From: Diadema antillarum
Taxonomy: Eukaryota
Reading direction: 5' to 3'
Assembly (NCBI RefSeq): GCF_040938485.1
Contig: NW_027271202.1
Location: forward strand, 1,364,001-1,428,000
DNA length: 64,000 nt
Of the stretch, positions 35,086 to 48,004 are shown in pieces (position 1 is the stretch's first letter; every line of letters begins with the position of its first letter). Made by a program: the position numbers and the translations under genes. Under the pieces are notes generated by a model. The model did not search any database. It was not told where the DNA came from and saw nothing but the letters and a program-made list of their open reading frames with translations.

Positions 35086-38000
35086 TACGTCGATGTAGGG
35101 CAATTTGTCAATCAGTTGCAACATGGGCATAGCGCCCTCATTTGTTTGTTTGGTGAATGTGTATTGCGCTCTACGTATAGCACTGGTAAATTTTTTGCCT
35201 GCCCGTAACTCCTTGATCAAGGTAACAGGTGGTTTTACATGAACCGTGTACTTTGGCGACTTCTATCATATGGCGTAAATCTCCAAAAGGAGTTTTTTAT
35301 ATATAATACATAATATACGTACCCCTTCCCAATCTTCTCAAGAGAAAAAAATATATAGATATTCACAGATATTGAAGAAGGCTACATTTCTTATGATCTA
35401 ATAATGAGCTATCATGATAGCGCTGTCATAGCTGCGACCAAAAATCGTACTTATATGTTCCTCTTCTTCAAGTTTCCTACTTTCTTCAAGGACTGACGTA
35501 GGCTCTATATCTTAGAAATAATTCGTTTTGTTTTTTCAGACATTTTCATCGTGCGGCAATAATTTTTAAGTTTTGAATGTACGTGGTTATTAATGTGTGG
35601 CTTGTTATGGCTTTAACTTCCTGTCTTTTCTCTCCCTGTGTCGACCTTTTTAGCGTTCTTTTTTATTTTCAGTTTTTATCATTGACGGATTTACTCCAGT
35701 GTGTATCATATATCATTTGGTAAAGAGTGTAATACTCGAGTATCTTTGATGATATCTCAATAACATGTGCCTTTCATGCTTTACCTTCGTCTTTTTCTCT
35801 GAGTCTCCTTGCAGTTAAAAATAAAATGTCTTTGCTGTTGTCAATATTTTATTTGAACCAATTTGGAATTTTTTCTTTGGTGTTCTAATAAAACTGTTAT
35901 TGTACTGAAAAATGTAAAAGGATCGCTCTTCTTATGGTTTCATTATAATTTGGAAGAAACCTTTATTTTATTTTTAAAAATCTCCGTTATGACAAATGAC
36001 ATACAAAATCCAGTACACTGTAACAATCGCAGTCCTTCACTTTACCAACAAAAGAGGATAAAACGTTCGTTATATTCAGTGTCGTTCACTGGAACCACAA
36101 CAAGATTTAGTAAGGTTGCTGATGGAGCAGATGTCTTAATTATCATCACATACTACGGCATTCTTTCCGCTTCGCACAGATGCAAGAAAGTGTTTGAATC
36201 CTCTTTTCCTGTAACCAGACATATCCGTGATCGAGTGTCCAATGGAAAATTCTTATCCTAGCAGGACAGTGCGGTATATATATCGATGATGGAGTGATAG
36301 AATCGTGGACTATAATACAACAATCAGGATGACTTTAAAACGAGCATTTAAATACGCATACAATAGGACAGAGGTATATGCAAAGTCATATATCTATATC
36401 TTTCTATTTGTAGTGACCCCTCGGTTTGATATTCAGATCCACGAAGGGCTCCTTTTATGAAGAAACTGACATAGTCATTTAAGTAATCTGCTAGCTATTA
36501 TCTTACAAAAACCNNNNNNNNNNNNNNNNNNNNNNNNNNNNNNNNNNNNNNNNNNNNNNNNNNNNNNNNNNNNNNNNNNNNNNNNNNNNNNNNNNNNNNN
36601 NNNNNNNNNNNNNNNNNNNNNNNNNNNNNNNNNNNNNNNNNNNNNNNNNNNNNNNNNNNNNNNNNNNNNNNNNNNNNNNNNNNCCAGGAAAGGAATCCTT
36701 ACATCGTGGATCTGAACACCAAACCGAGGGGGTCACACATCCCTCCATGAATCCTCCCAGTCATATATGCCTGCGTGGCCGAGGACAAAGGCCGTGTTTT
36801 CACGATTATCGGATCAGTGCCTCTCCACCCCATCAGCCCTATACATTGTAGATCCCCCATCTACTACAATGAATAGAAGCCGCTCTCATGAATACACTTA
36901 TACTGCTCCTCATTCCTAAACAGTGACGCTTTCTTTCTCTAGATCCTACAGTGTATTCAGTTCAACACATTTAGTCACAGTGGTATTCGATTAGAATTCA
37001 ACCCGCCAGCTTGGTTATTAGACATTCATTCTCTTCTTGGCCATCAGCTCATTTAGGGCAGGTATATTCACCTCAAGTTCTCCGTCTTCATCCTACTTCA
37101 TGAGTAGCCGAATAGTGGGGACATCGAAACACTGGAGACTAACGGTTGTAAAAGGATCAGTAGATGAGTTCCATCGTGAAATCGATTTTCTCTGCCTTTG
37201 CATGTATACGGAACAAAAGATGGTTCGGCATATGAAAGCTTGAGACCGACTTGAAGACCCCTCGTCTACTATCACGGCTATATACAGTAGTTGCCCCGGG
37301 AGATCCCACGCGGAACGTTCTGGATCGAGTATGTACACTCCCTGGTTTGCCAAGATAGTTTTCTTGAAAGTTATCCAGCACGTTTGCCTGGAGAAAAGAG
37401 AGTTCCTGTTTTCATATTCACCCAATGGGGGTACGTAGTACGTCATCGCATACGATCCTAAATTTGATCTTCTCATTTTGTTGATGCGCACACAGAGAAG
37501 GAATTCGATGAGGGACATGTGAAATAGTTGTTCGTGACACATTGACCCTGCGGTCAACTGCACACTGGATTCCTCTCCGAGGCAGCAGGTACACTACTAA
37601 CCCACGCCCTCTGAACTCCTGCTCGCGAGAAGCAGCTGTATGGAAATTGTATTATGTGTACAAGTTCTCGTGAAATTATCATCGGCCCGAATGAAGTAGA
37701 TTTTAGACAAATGACTGCATATTGCTCTGTAATAGTTTGGATGTGGAACCTCTCCTTATACGTGACGATGCTCTGACTATCTTGGTCATGCTCCGTGGTC
37801 GTAGTCATGATGCTCACTGATGAGAACGCTACCTTTTCAGAAGGATGTTTACATTACGAATTGTATTAGTGTCAAGACGGATACACGGATCGGTGTGAGG
37901 TAGGTCCCTATAGAATTCTGACATCACATATGAATAGTGCTCATTATTGTACTTCAAGTATGACGAATTACACCATGTTTGTTGGCATGTGTATCATACC

Positions 38001-39533
38001 TTGGCGGCGATTTGGCATCAAGCCAGTTTCGATATGTTCACATTATGGCTATAGGTTTATATTGTGAATCCCTTGAAAACGCACTAAACGTTATCTGCTT
38101 AAATTATGATTTAAAAAGGATTTTAAAAATGGATTTAAAAAGTCATCCAACCCAAAGACTTAATTGGCACTATATGTTTGCAGTTTAACAAGCTACGCAA
38201 GATTTTAAAATAACACCTGTCTTGCTTGCGATTATAAATTAGATGTAATAAATGTATTAAAGCATTACTGCATTCGTGTTGAAGCTCTATCCCGTGTCAT
38301 AAATTGATTCGGGTAGGAGGAAAATTAAATAAACATGTAGAGCAGTGAAAATGTTATTTAGATATAAGCATATAACATGCTTTCATGAAACAGCAGCATT
38401 CCAGTTGCTTTACCCCTCGCATTATAGATAATTCCTGGGGATATTAAAATGCTTCTTATTAAACATAGTTCTCTTTGTCGAATGGTATTATAGTATCTTC
38501 ACTTTTTGTTATTTTGAATTTCTATTTTCAAACAAATGTACCGACTTTTCTTTCAGCCCAAGTGTCTCCATAGACAAGATATTCGGTTTAGGTTGCTTTT
38601 CCCCTGTATTCTGCCAGCCTCATACTCACCGGAACAAGTGACCCCAATATTTCCCGGGAAGAATCTTCAATTCTCCACATCAACTCCCTTCGCTTCCTAG
38701 CCGATATGCATGTGATTCGCTCATCTTTGACATTGTAACCTCTTCATACCTGCTGCTTGATCTGTTGCTTCTATCTTGTCTTCCTCACCTCTCCTGCTCT
38801 ATGCTATTATTTATTGTGTTGATTCTTGTTTGTTGTTTCCAGCTTGACCTATGACCACATTAGTAGATGCCAATCAGTGTTTTACTAAATTTCTGCGAAT
38901 CTAACGCAGTTCTCCAGGACTGGAGGAAGTCAACAAAAGAAGATGTCATTTTCATAATAAATACTGGAACAGCAATGTTGATTCAATAATTAATGACTGA
39001 ACGATAAGACCCACTTGATTCGACCTCTTAGGCTTAGATGAGATCAAATCGTTATCGTCATTGTCTGCTGTCGTCATCGGCATCACAAAATTAGTGTCAT
39101 AAAAATTCATTAGCATTCTCTTTACAAAAGGTCGATCAAATTTAGGCAAAAAAATATACATCCCATAGCATTTGGGAGAAGGAGTCTTGCTGTTACCACT
39201 GGTCATATCAATATTCATCCGGTCACGTGATGAACTTTCAATCATTAGCGCATGCAGTGATATTTGTTTTGCCAGATGTTACGCTAGGTCTGGATCAGAT
39301 ACTTTATGACAACGTGGTACTAGTAATTTACACCTTACGTAAAACAAAAAATGGCCTAAATCATAACTGATCAAAGGTCTGAATTTCTTAGTGAGATATT
39401 TTGTGTTGACAATGAACACTGTCTACACCCACGGTGCCAATGAATGAGTGTAACTACATTTTGTAGGCCTAATTGGTCTGAACTCAATTCATTTCAGGTC
39501 TTCAATGAACCAGCTTCCCCATCGATTGACTCG

Positions 39534-42500
39534 ATGTCGACGCCGCTGTCCATTTACTCGATCACCGCTCCTCGCCATGCGGTCGACTCCTCCAGCGGCG
39601 ATGAGTCCGCCGAGGAGATCGAGTGTCCGTCGTTCGTGCGGGACAAGACGATAACGAGAGCGCTGAACGATTACGAGGATACCGCTGAAGACGGACAGGA
39701 GCCTTACTTTACCTGGGACGCCACCACGATCTCACAGCATCTTGCCAAATATCTGGACGACCTGTGCGGTTGGGTGCCGGACGCTAGACTGCAATATCGT
39801 CGCGTCCCGAGCCAATCAAAGAGTGGTCAGAAGAACCACGGAGGTGGAAGCTCGAAGGGCGGGTCCCGCACAGATTCCGACACGCATCCCCGCCGGCTTT
39901 CAATCACATCTCGTGCCTCGAGTCGTATGAAGACCATGGCCATTGAATTCGAGTTTCGTCATTACCACAACCCCAAGAAGTACATGGAGCAATATCGGAG
40001 GTTCCACACATGTGGTGGCCCTTTGGAAAAACTAGCTGCACAGGACACAGCGTGTGGAAGAAAGAGGAGTATTTATTATGCTGGTGATGCTTCAGCACAT
40101 GCTGGCTTCAAGCCAGATTTGGCCCAACCAAAACCTGAACCGCGACTTGCAGCGCAGCAAATCGCTGCCGCAGCGGCAACTGCTGAGAGAGTGGAAATGC
40201 AACGACTTTCGCAGTCAAGACCGCGGCACAATTCGGACTCAAAGACTGAAAATCAACCCAAAACGGAATCAAACCACGCCGGGGCGTCGACTGCCCTCCC
40301 TCCGCCTTCAACCGCTCCAAGCGCACCCGCACCAGCCGACGGACCGGCAAGTGAAGTATCTGGTACGACTCTACCGCGATATTGCTCTCTCACAGAGGCC
40401 GCCTCGCGCAAACGTCAAACTTTTGCCCATTGGTCACCGGGCCTGATCAAGGATAACTCCCGCTCCGTGATCTCCAAGTTCGTCAAGGACAACGAACACC
40501 TTCTCATGCCTAGCATTCCGCAGAGTCTGACCGTGACAGCAGACGTGTCGTCACAGTCCGCCAAGCCGCAGAGCAGGAGTCCGCCTGGCTTGAGACCGAT
40601 GACCACCGCGGCATCCCTTGGGTCGAGGGCATCGAATGGCAATCATGTCCGGAACGGTTCGCCATCATCCAATGGTTTAACGGATCAAGCCAACACCATC
40701 CCACAGCACGGCCCACCTGTGGGACAACACCCTTTTTGGAAGCCCTCCGTAGTCTCACAATTCCCTGCTACAGCCGACAACCACACTCTACCCGTTGCTT
40801 TCGGGTAAGTTGTTAGGCCTAACTTTGGCACTTTAGAATATCACATGTAAAAACTCAAATCTTGTGCATTAACGTTCATTTTGATAACCTTTCACGACCA
40901 GAGAATATCAAATATAAAAACAAAAATCATGTGCATTAACGTCCATTTTGATAACCTTTCACAACCACGGCACTTTCATAAGATAAGACCGTAATCATCA
41001 GTTCTCCTTTATCACCATATTATATTTACGTCATTTGTACAGCCCCCTATCCAGAGAAACGTAACAATGTCATTGTGCGCTTCCAAATTAACTGCATTCT
41101 GTTGATTTTTTGTTTGTTTTCTTTTTGCAGCGAATAACTCTGGATTCTGCGAGATTTTGATATATAATAAGTAATACTGATTGGTTTTATGCCCGCACCC
41201 GTGTCCAGATGATGTTTCCGGTATTATTAACTTAGTTACTCAAAGAGATATCATTCTAGACGCATCACGACGCTAATAGTGAGCATATAAAGTGCCTGGT
41301 TGGAATCATACACTGGTAGCAATGAACATACATTGATATTTTCATCTCACAGATGCACAATAAGTGCAAAAGAAATTCGACTCCGGAATTCAAAAGTTCG
41401 ATATAACTCTATACAGTAGGCCTACGTCCACTTGAAACAAATACGTAACACCACATTTTTCATAAATGACGCTTATCTGCTGTAGTATTATTTCTTTTCA
41501 ATCAACCGAATTGTGACAGTTCATGCAATTTGCTCCTAAATGATTAAGATTTTGCGAGAATTTAGCCATTTTGTGAGAACTTCGAAGAGCATAATACCAT
41601 GACACTCGATGTTGGTTTTGATCCGAGCTGCTGGGAAAACATAAAAATCAGTAACAATTTAGAAACAAGCATCAAAATTCAAGAAAACACCGATTTAATT
41701 CCATTAATCAGTTCAGGTGTCCTTACACATCGTCTCCAATCATGCCACGAAAAGGCACTTTTGGAGTGCATAAAAGAAGAGAATTCCCAGACAATCAGTA
41801 CTTCATAGATCACATGACCAAACACGTGACCTATCACAGAAGTAGGCCTACTTATTGAAGAGATGTTCATTATTATAATGACACTTTACTAGGTCATTTC
41901 TTCATTTATTTTCCAACCAGATTTGGACAGATCTGTTGGTTACTCTTTTTTACAATGTGCGTGCTATGTTCAAAGTCATCAAAGAGAAATCCTTTGCGCG
42001 TGTCCATCGAACAGAACGTGTATTTTGACGAATGCCTTCAGCAAATGAATTGTTTTTTTGAACGTTATCATCAGTAATTAATACACTCAGGAGTCTTACA
42101 TGAAGATATACACACTAAAGAGAGAGTGAGAAAGAAGGCGAGAAAAAGACAAACGATCATCTTCCTGAATGTTGTCTTCTGCTAAGCTCTCTGTGATTTT
42201 AAAACGTAATTCATCGTCAGTTGGAGAAAGCCCTGTTGTTGTTATCATTTTGAGTGTTAAGACCTTTCGTTTCGTGATCCTATAAAGGCTGTATACGGTG
42301 TAGACCCGGGACCTGGGTCGATACTCTGTATCTCCTGAGGTTTCGAAAGTTAGGTGGTAGCGGGCTGGAAAGACAACAATCGATTGCACGATTCAAACTA
42401 TATACGATAACGTGAAAGAAGGAAGAAAAATCAATGTTTTCCTATTGGTCTGGCACCTATCGCGTAGTGATATGCTCCAAGGGAGATGCTAAATCTATGC

Positions 42501-45500
42501 CTAACAACTTATCTTTACTTAAGCTGTTTTAGTAAAGATTTTGTAAGCCTCTATGAAACTTGCAGTAGGCCGTATATACGATTTTACTGGCTTTTGGTAT
42601 ATCTGTAGTTCTATAAGAAAAAGTTTGTATATACTTTTTCTTTTACATGAACTGAAGAAGTATACTATGATGAGTATATCACTTTGTTTGGAAAGCTGGA
42701 AAGAGTGTGTGAGCTTAAGTACTATCACTACTAGGGGAAGATTAGAATCGATATTCTTAAGAAACTTCACATAGTTGTCTCCGCTGACGGCTTTGTTAAT
42801 TTTGAGGATCCTAAACAATATCAACAACAGGAATTAAAATTTGAGGAGGCTGCTATAATAAAACAGACTTTTACACGCCTTCTATAGACTTCTTATGTAA
42901 TAAAGTACAGTCTGACTGAAAGCAAAGACGCTCTTTCAGCAAATCAGACGTTTACAGATAACAAACAAGATGATACAGGATAGAATCTGAGCACACATGC
43001 GACTGCAAGAATAACGGTCGCAAATGCTTCCAGGTACCAATTTGAATGTGAGAATCAATGACATTGTAGGTACCTGTCAAATCGAGACCATTTCTGCAGT
43101 AAAATCTCTTGCCCCGTGAAAAGCAAACAGAATAGATCTGTACTTAGGCATCGCACTATAAAGCAAGTGGAAGTAAATAGGCCACTTTCCAACTGTCACG
43201 CGACCGTTTCTAATAATATATGCCAAATCAAATTCCAACGGCTAGTTCATTGCTTATAAAACAAGCTGCTGATTGGATACTCAACGTGCTTTCCGAGGAG
43301 TTCGAGTTTTTCGTTATCAAACTGCTATGGTACGGCTCATCGTGTTTAAACATTATCAACGACTGATGACAGTGTCGATAATTAAAATTGATCGTGTTTT
43401 TTTTAATGACGCAGAGAGTGATGTGCGTTCCTCGTCATATCACAAGTACAAACTGCTGTCTACTGCTGTTTTACTACACTGTAGGATTAGAATAATAAAA
43501 AGTAGGCCTACACGCAGTTGGAGTCGTGCCTTAACGGCGACACAGTGACATACTAAGTAATACACATCCACACTGTATTCACTTACAAATACACTTAATT
43601 ATATATTTTATTATAGCTAAATCCACCCGAACATTCCTGAAGGACACTTTGTAGATGGGGATATGGCTAAAACAATTTAGACTTGAAGTTATTATCAAAT
43701 ATCGACATTGCCGAAATACAGACATCATTAAAAACTTTCAGCATGAACTTCTGGATTCTATCACTTTTTGTCCAATTCACTTTCATCTGAATGAAGTGTA
43801 GAGGGGTTTGATGGCATATTTCTAATACCGAATATTTTCTATGATACAATGTGAATGGTGCATTGCGCATACTCAATGTCGTAAATTGTATGGCAGTTGT
43901 TTTGTGTGTATGTATACTACATGGGAATGGTGTTTGATCTCATTTCATCCGGCTTTTTTTTTCATATTTTCATTTAATGCTCACTATTATTTCATAAACT
44001 ATGTTACATTATGTACCCTGCACGGAAACATATGGCTATGTCATGGGGGTATTTTTCTTTTTCTGTTTGATCATTCGACGAGGGAACTTTGATGTGATTC
44101 TTTCATATCTCTCCATCCCTTGGTTCCGCCAGTATTGTTTATTTGTGTGGGTAGAAGCTAACCAAGGGCCTGTGTTCATATTATTGTCTAGTTACATGCA
44201 CTCCAGGACCCAGGCAGTGCACACAGATCGTGGGGTAATATTCATCCGCTTCTAGACTCTCTTGGCAAACTTCTGCTGGTGATTGGGTCACCCCTTGCTG
44301 ACGTCACATATCACGTGTGTGACACTTTCCAAATTTCAATTCTCTCACCTGCGGCAATTCACAGCTTGTCCTGTGTTACTCCTGACCGTGTCATGTCCTA
44401 TCTCGTACTCTTCAAGCGTCATGTTTGTCTGTATCGTCCTGTTTTGAGCGTTATCTGTTACCCATTTATGTCAGAACACAATATTTCTTGGTTGAGGGTG
44501 AGTGTCGATCCACACCACAGCACATTTCTTGCATTTTTTAATTTCTATCCACGGCTTTTATACAACCCTCCCCATCCCCCCCCCCCCCCAAAAAAAAAAA
44601 AAAAAACACCACACAAAACACTACTACCACAGGACCGCATACGGATACTTAATGCCAAAGTAAGGTAGGTGTGGTCTACTGTTATACGTCACTATAGTGT
44701 GGATAACCAATTTCTGTGGAAATATTATCTAGCTGTCTCTGTTTGATGAAGACCAAATTAAATTAACATTTGCAGCGAAAAAGTTCATCATGGTATCTCG
44801 TAAAACGAATTTAATTCAACATGCATGTTATTTCCTTACTGATAATTTACACAGAACACTTGTGAAAAAAGATCAGTAACTGGACAATGTATTACTCAGT
44901 CAGCATTATAAGCAAGAAGGGGATGAAATTGTCTCCCGTACTTTGGCAGAGTTTCGTATGAAAAAAAGCCCTGCAAAACTCGCTCGCCATACACAGGTTC
45001 GTTTTTACCCATCGGAAATTGGTTATCCCTCGTAAATTCATTTAGTGTGATCTAATCATGGTAACGGTGACGGGAAAATCTGACTGTGCTGCGTTCACCT
45101 ATCGATGCCTATGCGTGCAGTTTTCTTTTCTATCTTATTGTAAAACAAACCAATGCTAAACATGTCAATACATTAAAACAACAAAAGGAGAGAAAATGAT
45201 TAGCAATTGATACAAAAACACACCTCAAACAAGGAGTGAATTTGATCGGGAACACACCGTGATCGATAATAACAACATTGTACGTCCATGGATTAATCAG
45301 ATTCTAGAATGACTGTGTGATGATTAGCCTATCACAATTAAATCAACCTTAGGTAAAATGACAGATTATCACAGCGCTAGTGACCAATCCACAGAATTAC
45401 AGTCCCTGTACATGTCCATCATCTTCAAAGGCAAAGTACAGGGGAGGAAATAAGTACAGGTAATAATCCACTCTACAATACTATACAGTGTATTGTATTG

Positions 45501-47965
45501 TGTGTTTACGATGACAATTTTTACACTTCTCCACACACGTATACTGACAAGCAATACGATCACCAATGCTAACATGTTAACCGATAGTCTCTTACAAAAT
45601 GTCGCCTTGAAAACTAATTGCTACGGTTTGCATGGTTCATAACCATACCAACTTGTTCAACGGAGGTTCAACGTATGACGTGCCACGCCCTGTAATAATT
45701 ATATCTGTGAATGTGCCTGTTCCATTACTTGTCCCTCTCATCCAGTGACGTGCTCTATGATGCTTCATTTATACACTCAATGCATGTCACTCTGTTTTTC
45801 CTGCGCGAATCTCACAGATTTGTCACCCGTTTGCCCAAATACGATTTGCACCCGATTGACGAAGAGCTGTCAGACTGCGATGATTGGTACGAGTGTCAAA
45901 TCAGAACCAATAAAACCTAGTCTAGTTTCCTCAATCCTTCGACTTTCACTCATAGCAAACTATCCTCGTCGACGCTATGACCCTACTGCTTTGAATAACT
46001 CATCTTTAAAGGAAACCACTAAGTCCTCGTCAAGTTTGTGATTCCTAACGAATCATATTTCTTTGTATTTCTCAAGATCAGACAAGAAATGAGAAGATCC
46101 AAATTATCATTTTGAACTGTAGCTTTAAAGGGCAGAAGTAAATGTTATGAACAATTATCCTTCTGTTTTGTACATTGATTTGTTCATCCACTTTCTAATG
46201 TATAGAACAACCTCTGGGTACAAAAAGAAATTCATTTTCTAGACTTAGAATAAAGTTAAACCATATAAACAAGTGTATCAAAACAACTAAGAATCTATTG
46301 GAAATATCATGAACAAATGCACAAGGAGTTCTCAAAAAAAAAAACTTCCTAGATTTGATCATTGCCCTCAGTTATTCAGTTAAAGTTTTTTTTTTTAAAC
46401 TTGAAATTGAATTTATTCACAAATGGCATCTTAGCAACGTTTCCATGAAATTAATCGGAAACGAGAGTGTTGGTTTCCTTTAAAAGACAAGGAGGTTCAT
46501 TCAGCGAATCTTTGCACTTGTCTCATCACCGCGGGCGCACCGCAAACTTTATATTATACTCTGGTGCCAACAATAATAAATCGATAAGAATTTGATGAGA
46601 ATGATAAAGACAGTGATTTGAAATACGATTTAAGTAACAACTACAGATTCTGTGGCCTTTCAGGTGCCATTATTGAAAAGGTTTTCACCTTTCTTATTTG
46701 CACCTGACAAATACAAACAAACGTATGCAGTGCGCCCAAGACAAATTCAAAATGATCGCTCCATGAGCTTCCAACTTGGTTGTACTTCGGTGATAATCCA
46801 ATCTCCGTCCTCTTAGCTGTAACTTAGTTTTACGTAGCCAAGGGTTCTGTTCGAAGGTTGGACTTTTCAGTACAGTATTAACATCTACTCGTATGTTGTC
46901 CTGTATGTATGGGTGGCATAGTAGCTCAAACTGGGACACTGTCTCGAGGCTTTTACTGTTAACCCGTTTCCCGTGCCTACGTTTGTGCGTATAATTCGTA
47001 TTAACATGAAGTGCTTGTAATATGACATTCTGTAATACGTGGTTAAGCTTACTTTACCTCCAACAGTACAGAAAAGTCCTCAGGACTTAGCAAGAGGTTG
47101 CATATTTTGTCTGCCGATTTTAGCTGCACACTATATTGTGTTACCATGGTAACACTTCACAACGTGTAGTCGGACATCGGCCTCGGTCTAAAGAGTATGG
47201 CATGGAGATGCAGCTGTCGATATAATGTATTAATTATATTCTTTCAATATTTGAATCTGTCAAAGCCTCCAACACTAACCATTGTCTATCACAACCTACG
47301 TTGGCAAAAGAGTAGAATTTTTCGTAATCTTGTGTCAAACTTTCTTCTGATATAAGAACAAGTTAGACCCTGGATAAGCATACTGTAACATTAAAGTAAT
47401 GAGACTGGGTGCCTGACAAAGATCACTGCGAAGTGCACCCACAAAGCTATAACGGGCGCCAAAACTCTTTTGGCGCCTGTTTTGAACAAAGCATTGAAAA
47501 TAGGCCTATGACGAGATTGCAACGAAAACACTTTTCATTCAATCTTAGGAGGAAGGCATGGAATCTGATGATTTGGGCATTATTTGAAGTCTATCATCAC
47601 CGTCACTTGCATCTATACTTTGTATTTATGACTTTGATATATGATTTATAAAATCACGTCTACTGCAGTTGTTCCTGATGTAAGTGCAATATTTGCTGTT
47701 GTAATAACTTTTAATGATATAAAAGTTAGAATTTCATTGTATCGTGTGCATTGTAATGCTTCTTTTTTTTTATTTCTAAACTTAACGTGAACTAACTCAA
47801 ACTTAGTTTTGTGATTCCTGTTGTACTCTTAACTTGATTTTGCAGTGATAACAAACCACTCACAAATTAATTGCTCAATGATATCGTAGTAACTGCCAAC
47901 TGCTGGACACTCCACAAGATATCACGAGCGATCATGAGTTCGATGGCAACTAGAGAAAAAATGGC

Positions 47966-48004
<39 letters not shown>

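Larger units (their letters stand above)
33172..35118. mobile_element. Composite insertion: a palindromic tRNA-headed element, interrupted by an L2, bounded by the 13-bp direct repeat CAACATGGGCATA
   Basis: The direct repeat lies at 33159-33171 and 35119-35131. Segment 33203-33244 is the reverse complement of about 35082-35121 with 1 mismatch. Confidence 0.7.

Noticed and set aside
22472-36748. ORFs containing X runs
   Set aside because: They are artefacts of translating through the assembly gaps.
37818-37860. CTGATGAG hammerhead or C-box seeds (also at about 57597 and 12409)
   Set aside because: There is no stem II followed by GAAA, and no matching D-box or terminal stem. The 12409 instance is inside a DPM2 exon.
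40860-40970. ~68-bp local tandem duplication just after the large exon
   Set aside because: It is an ordinary intronic slippage duplication with no splice or coding consequence visible.
42096-42890. Stop-interrupted, protein-like frames (e.g. GKIRIDILKKLHIVVSADGFVNFEDP; LSPTDDELRFKITESL)
   Set aside because: Multiple stops, no recognisable motif and no consistent splice signals. They cannot be distinguished from random AT-rich sequence without a search.
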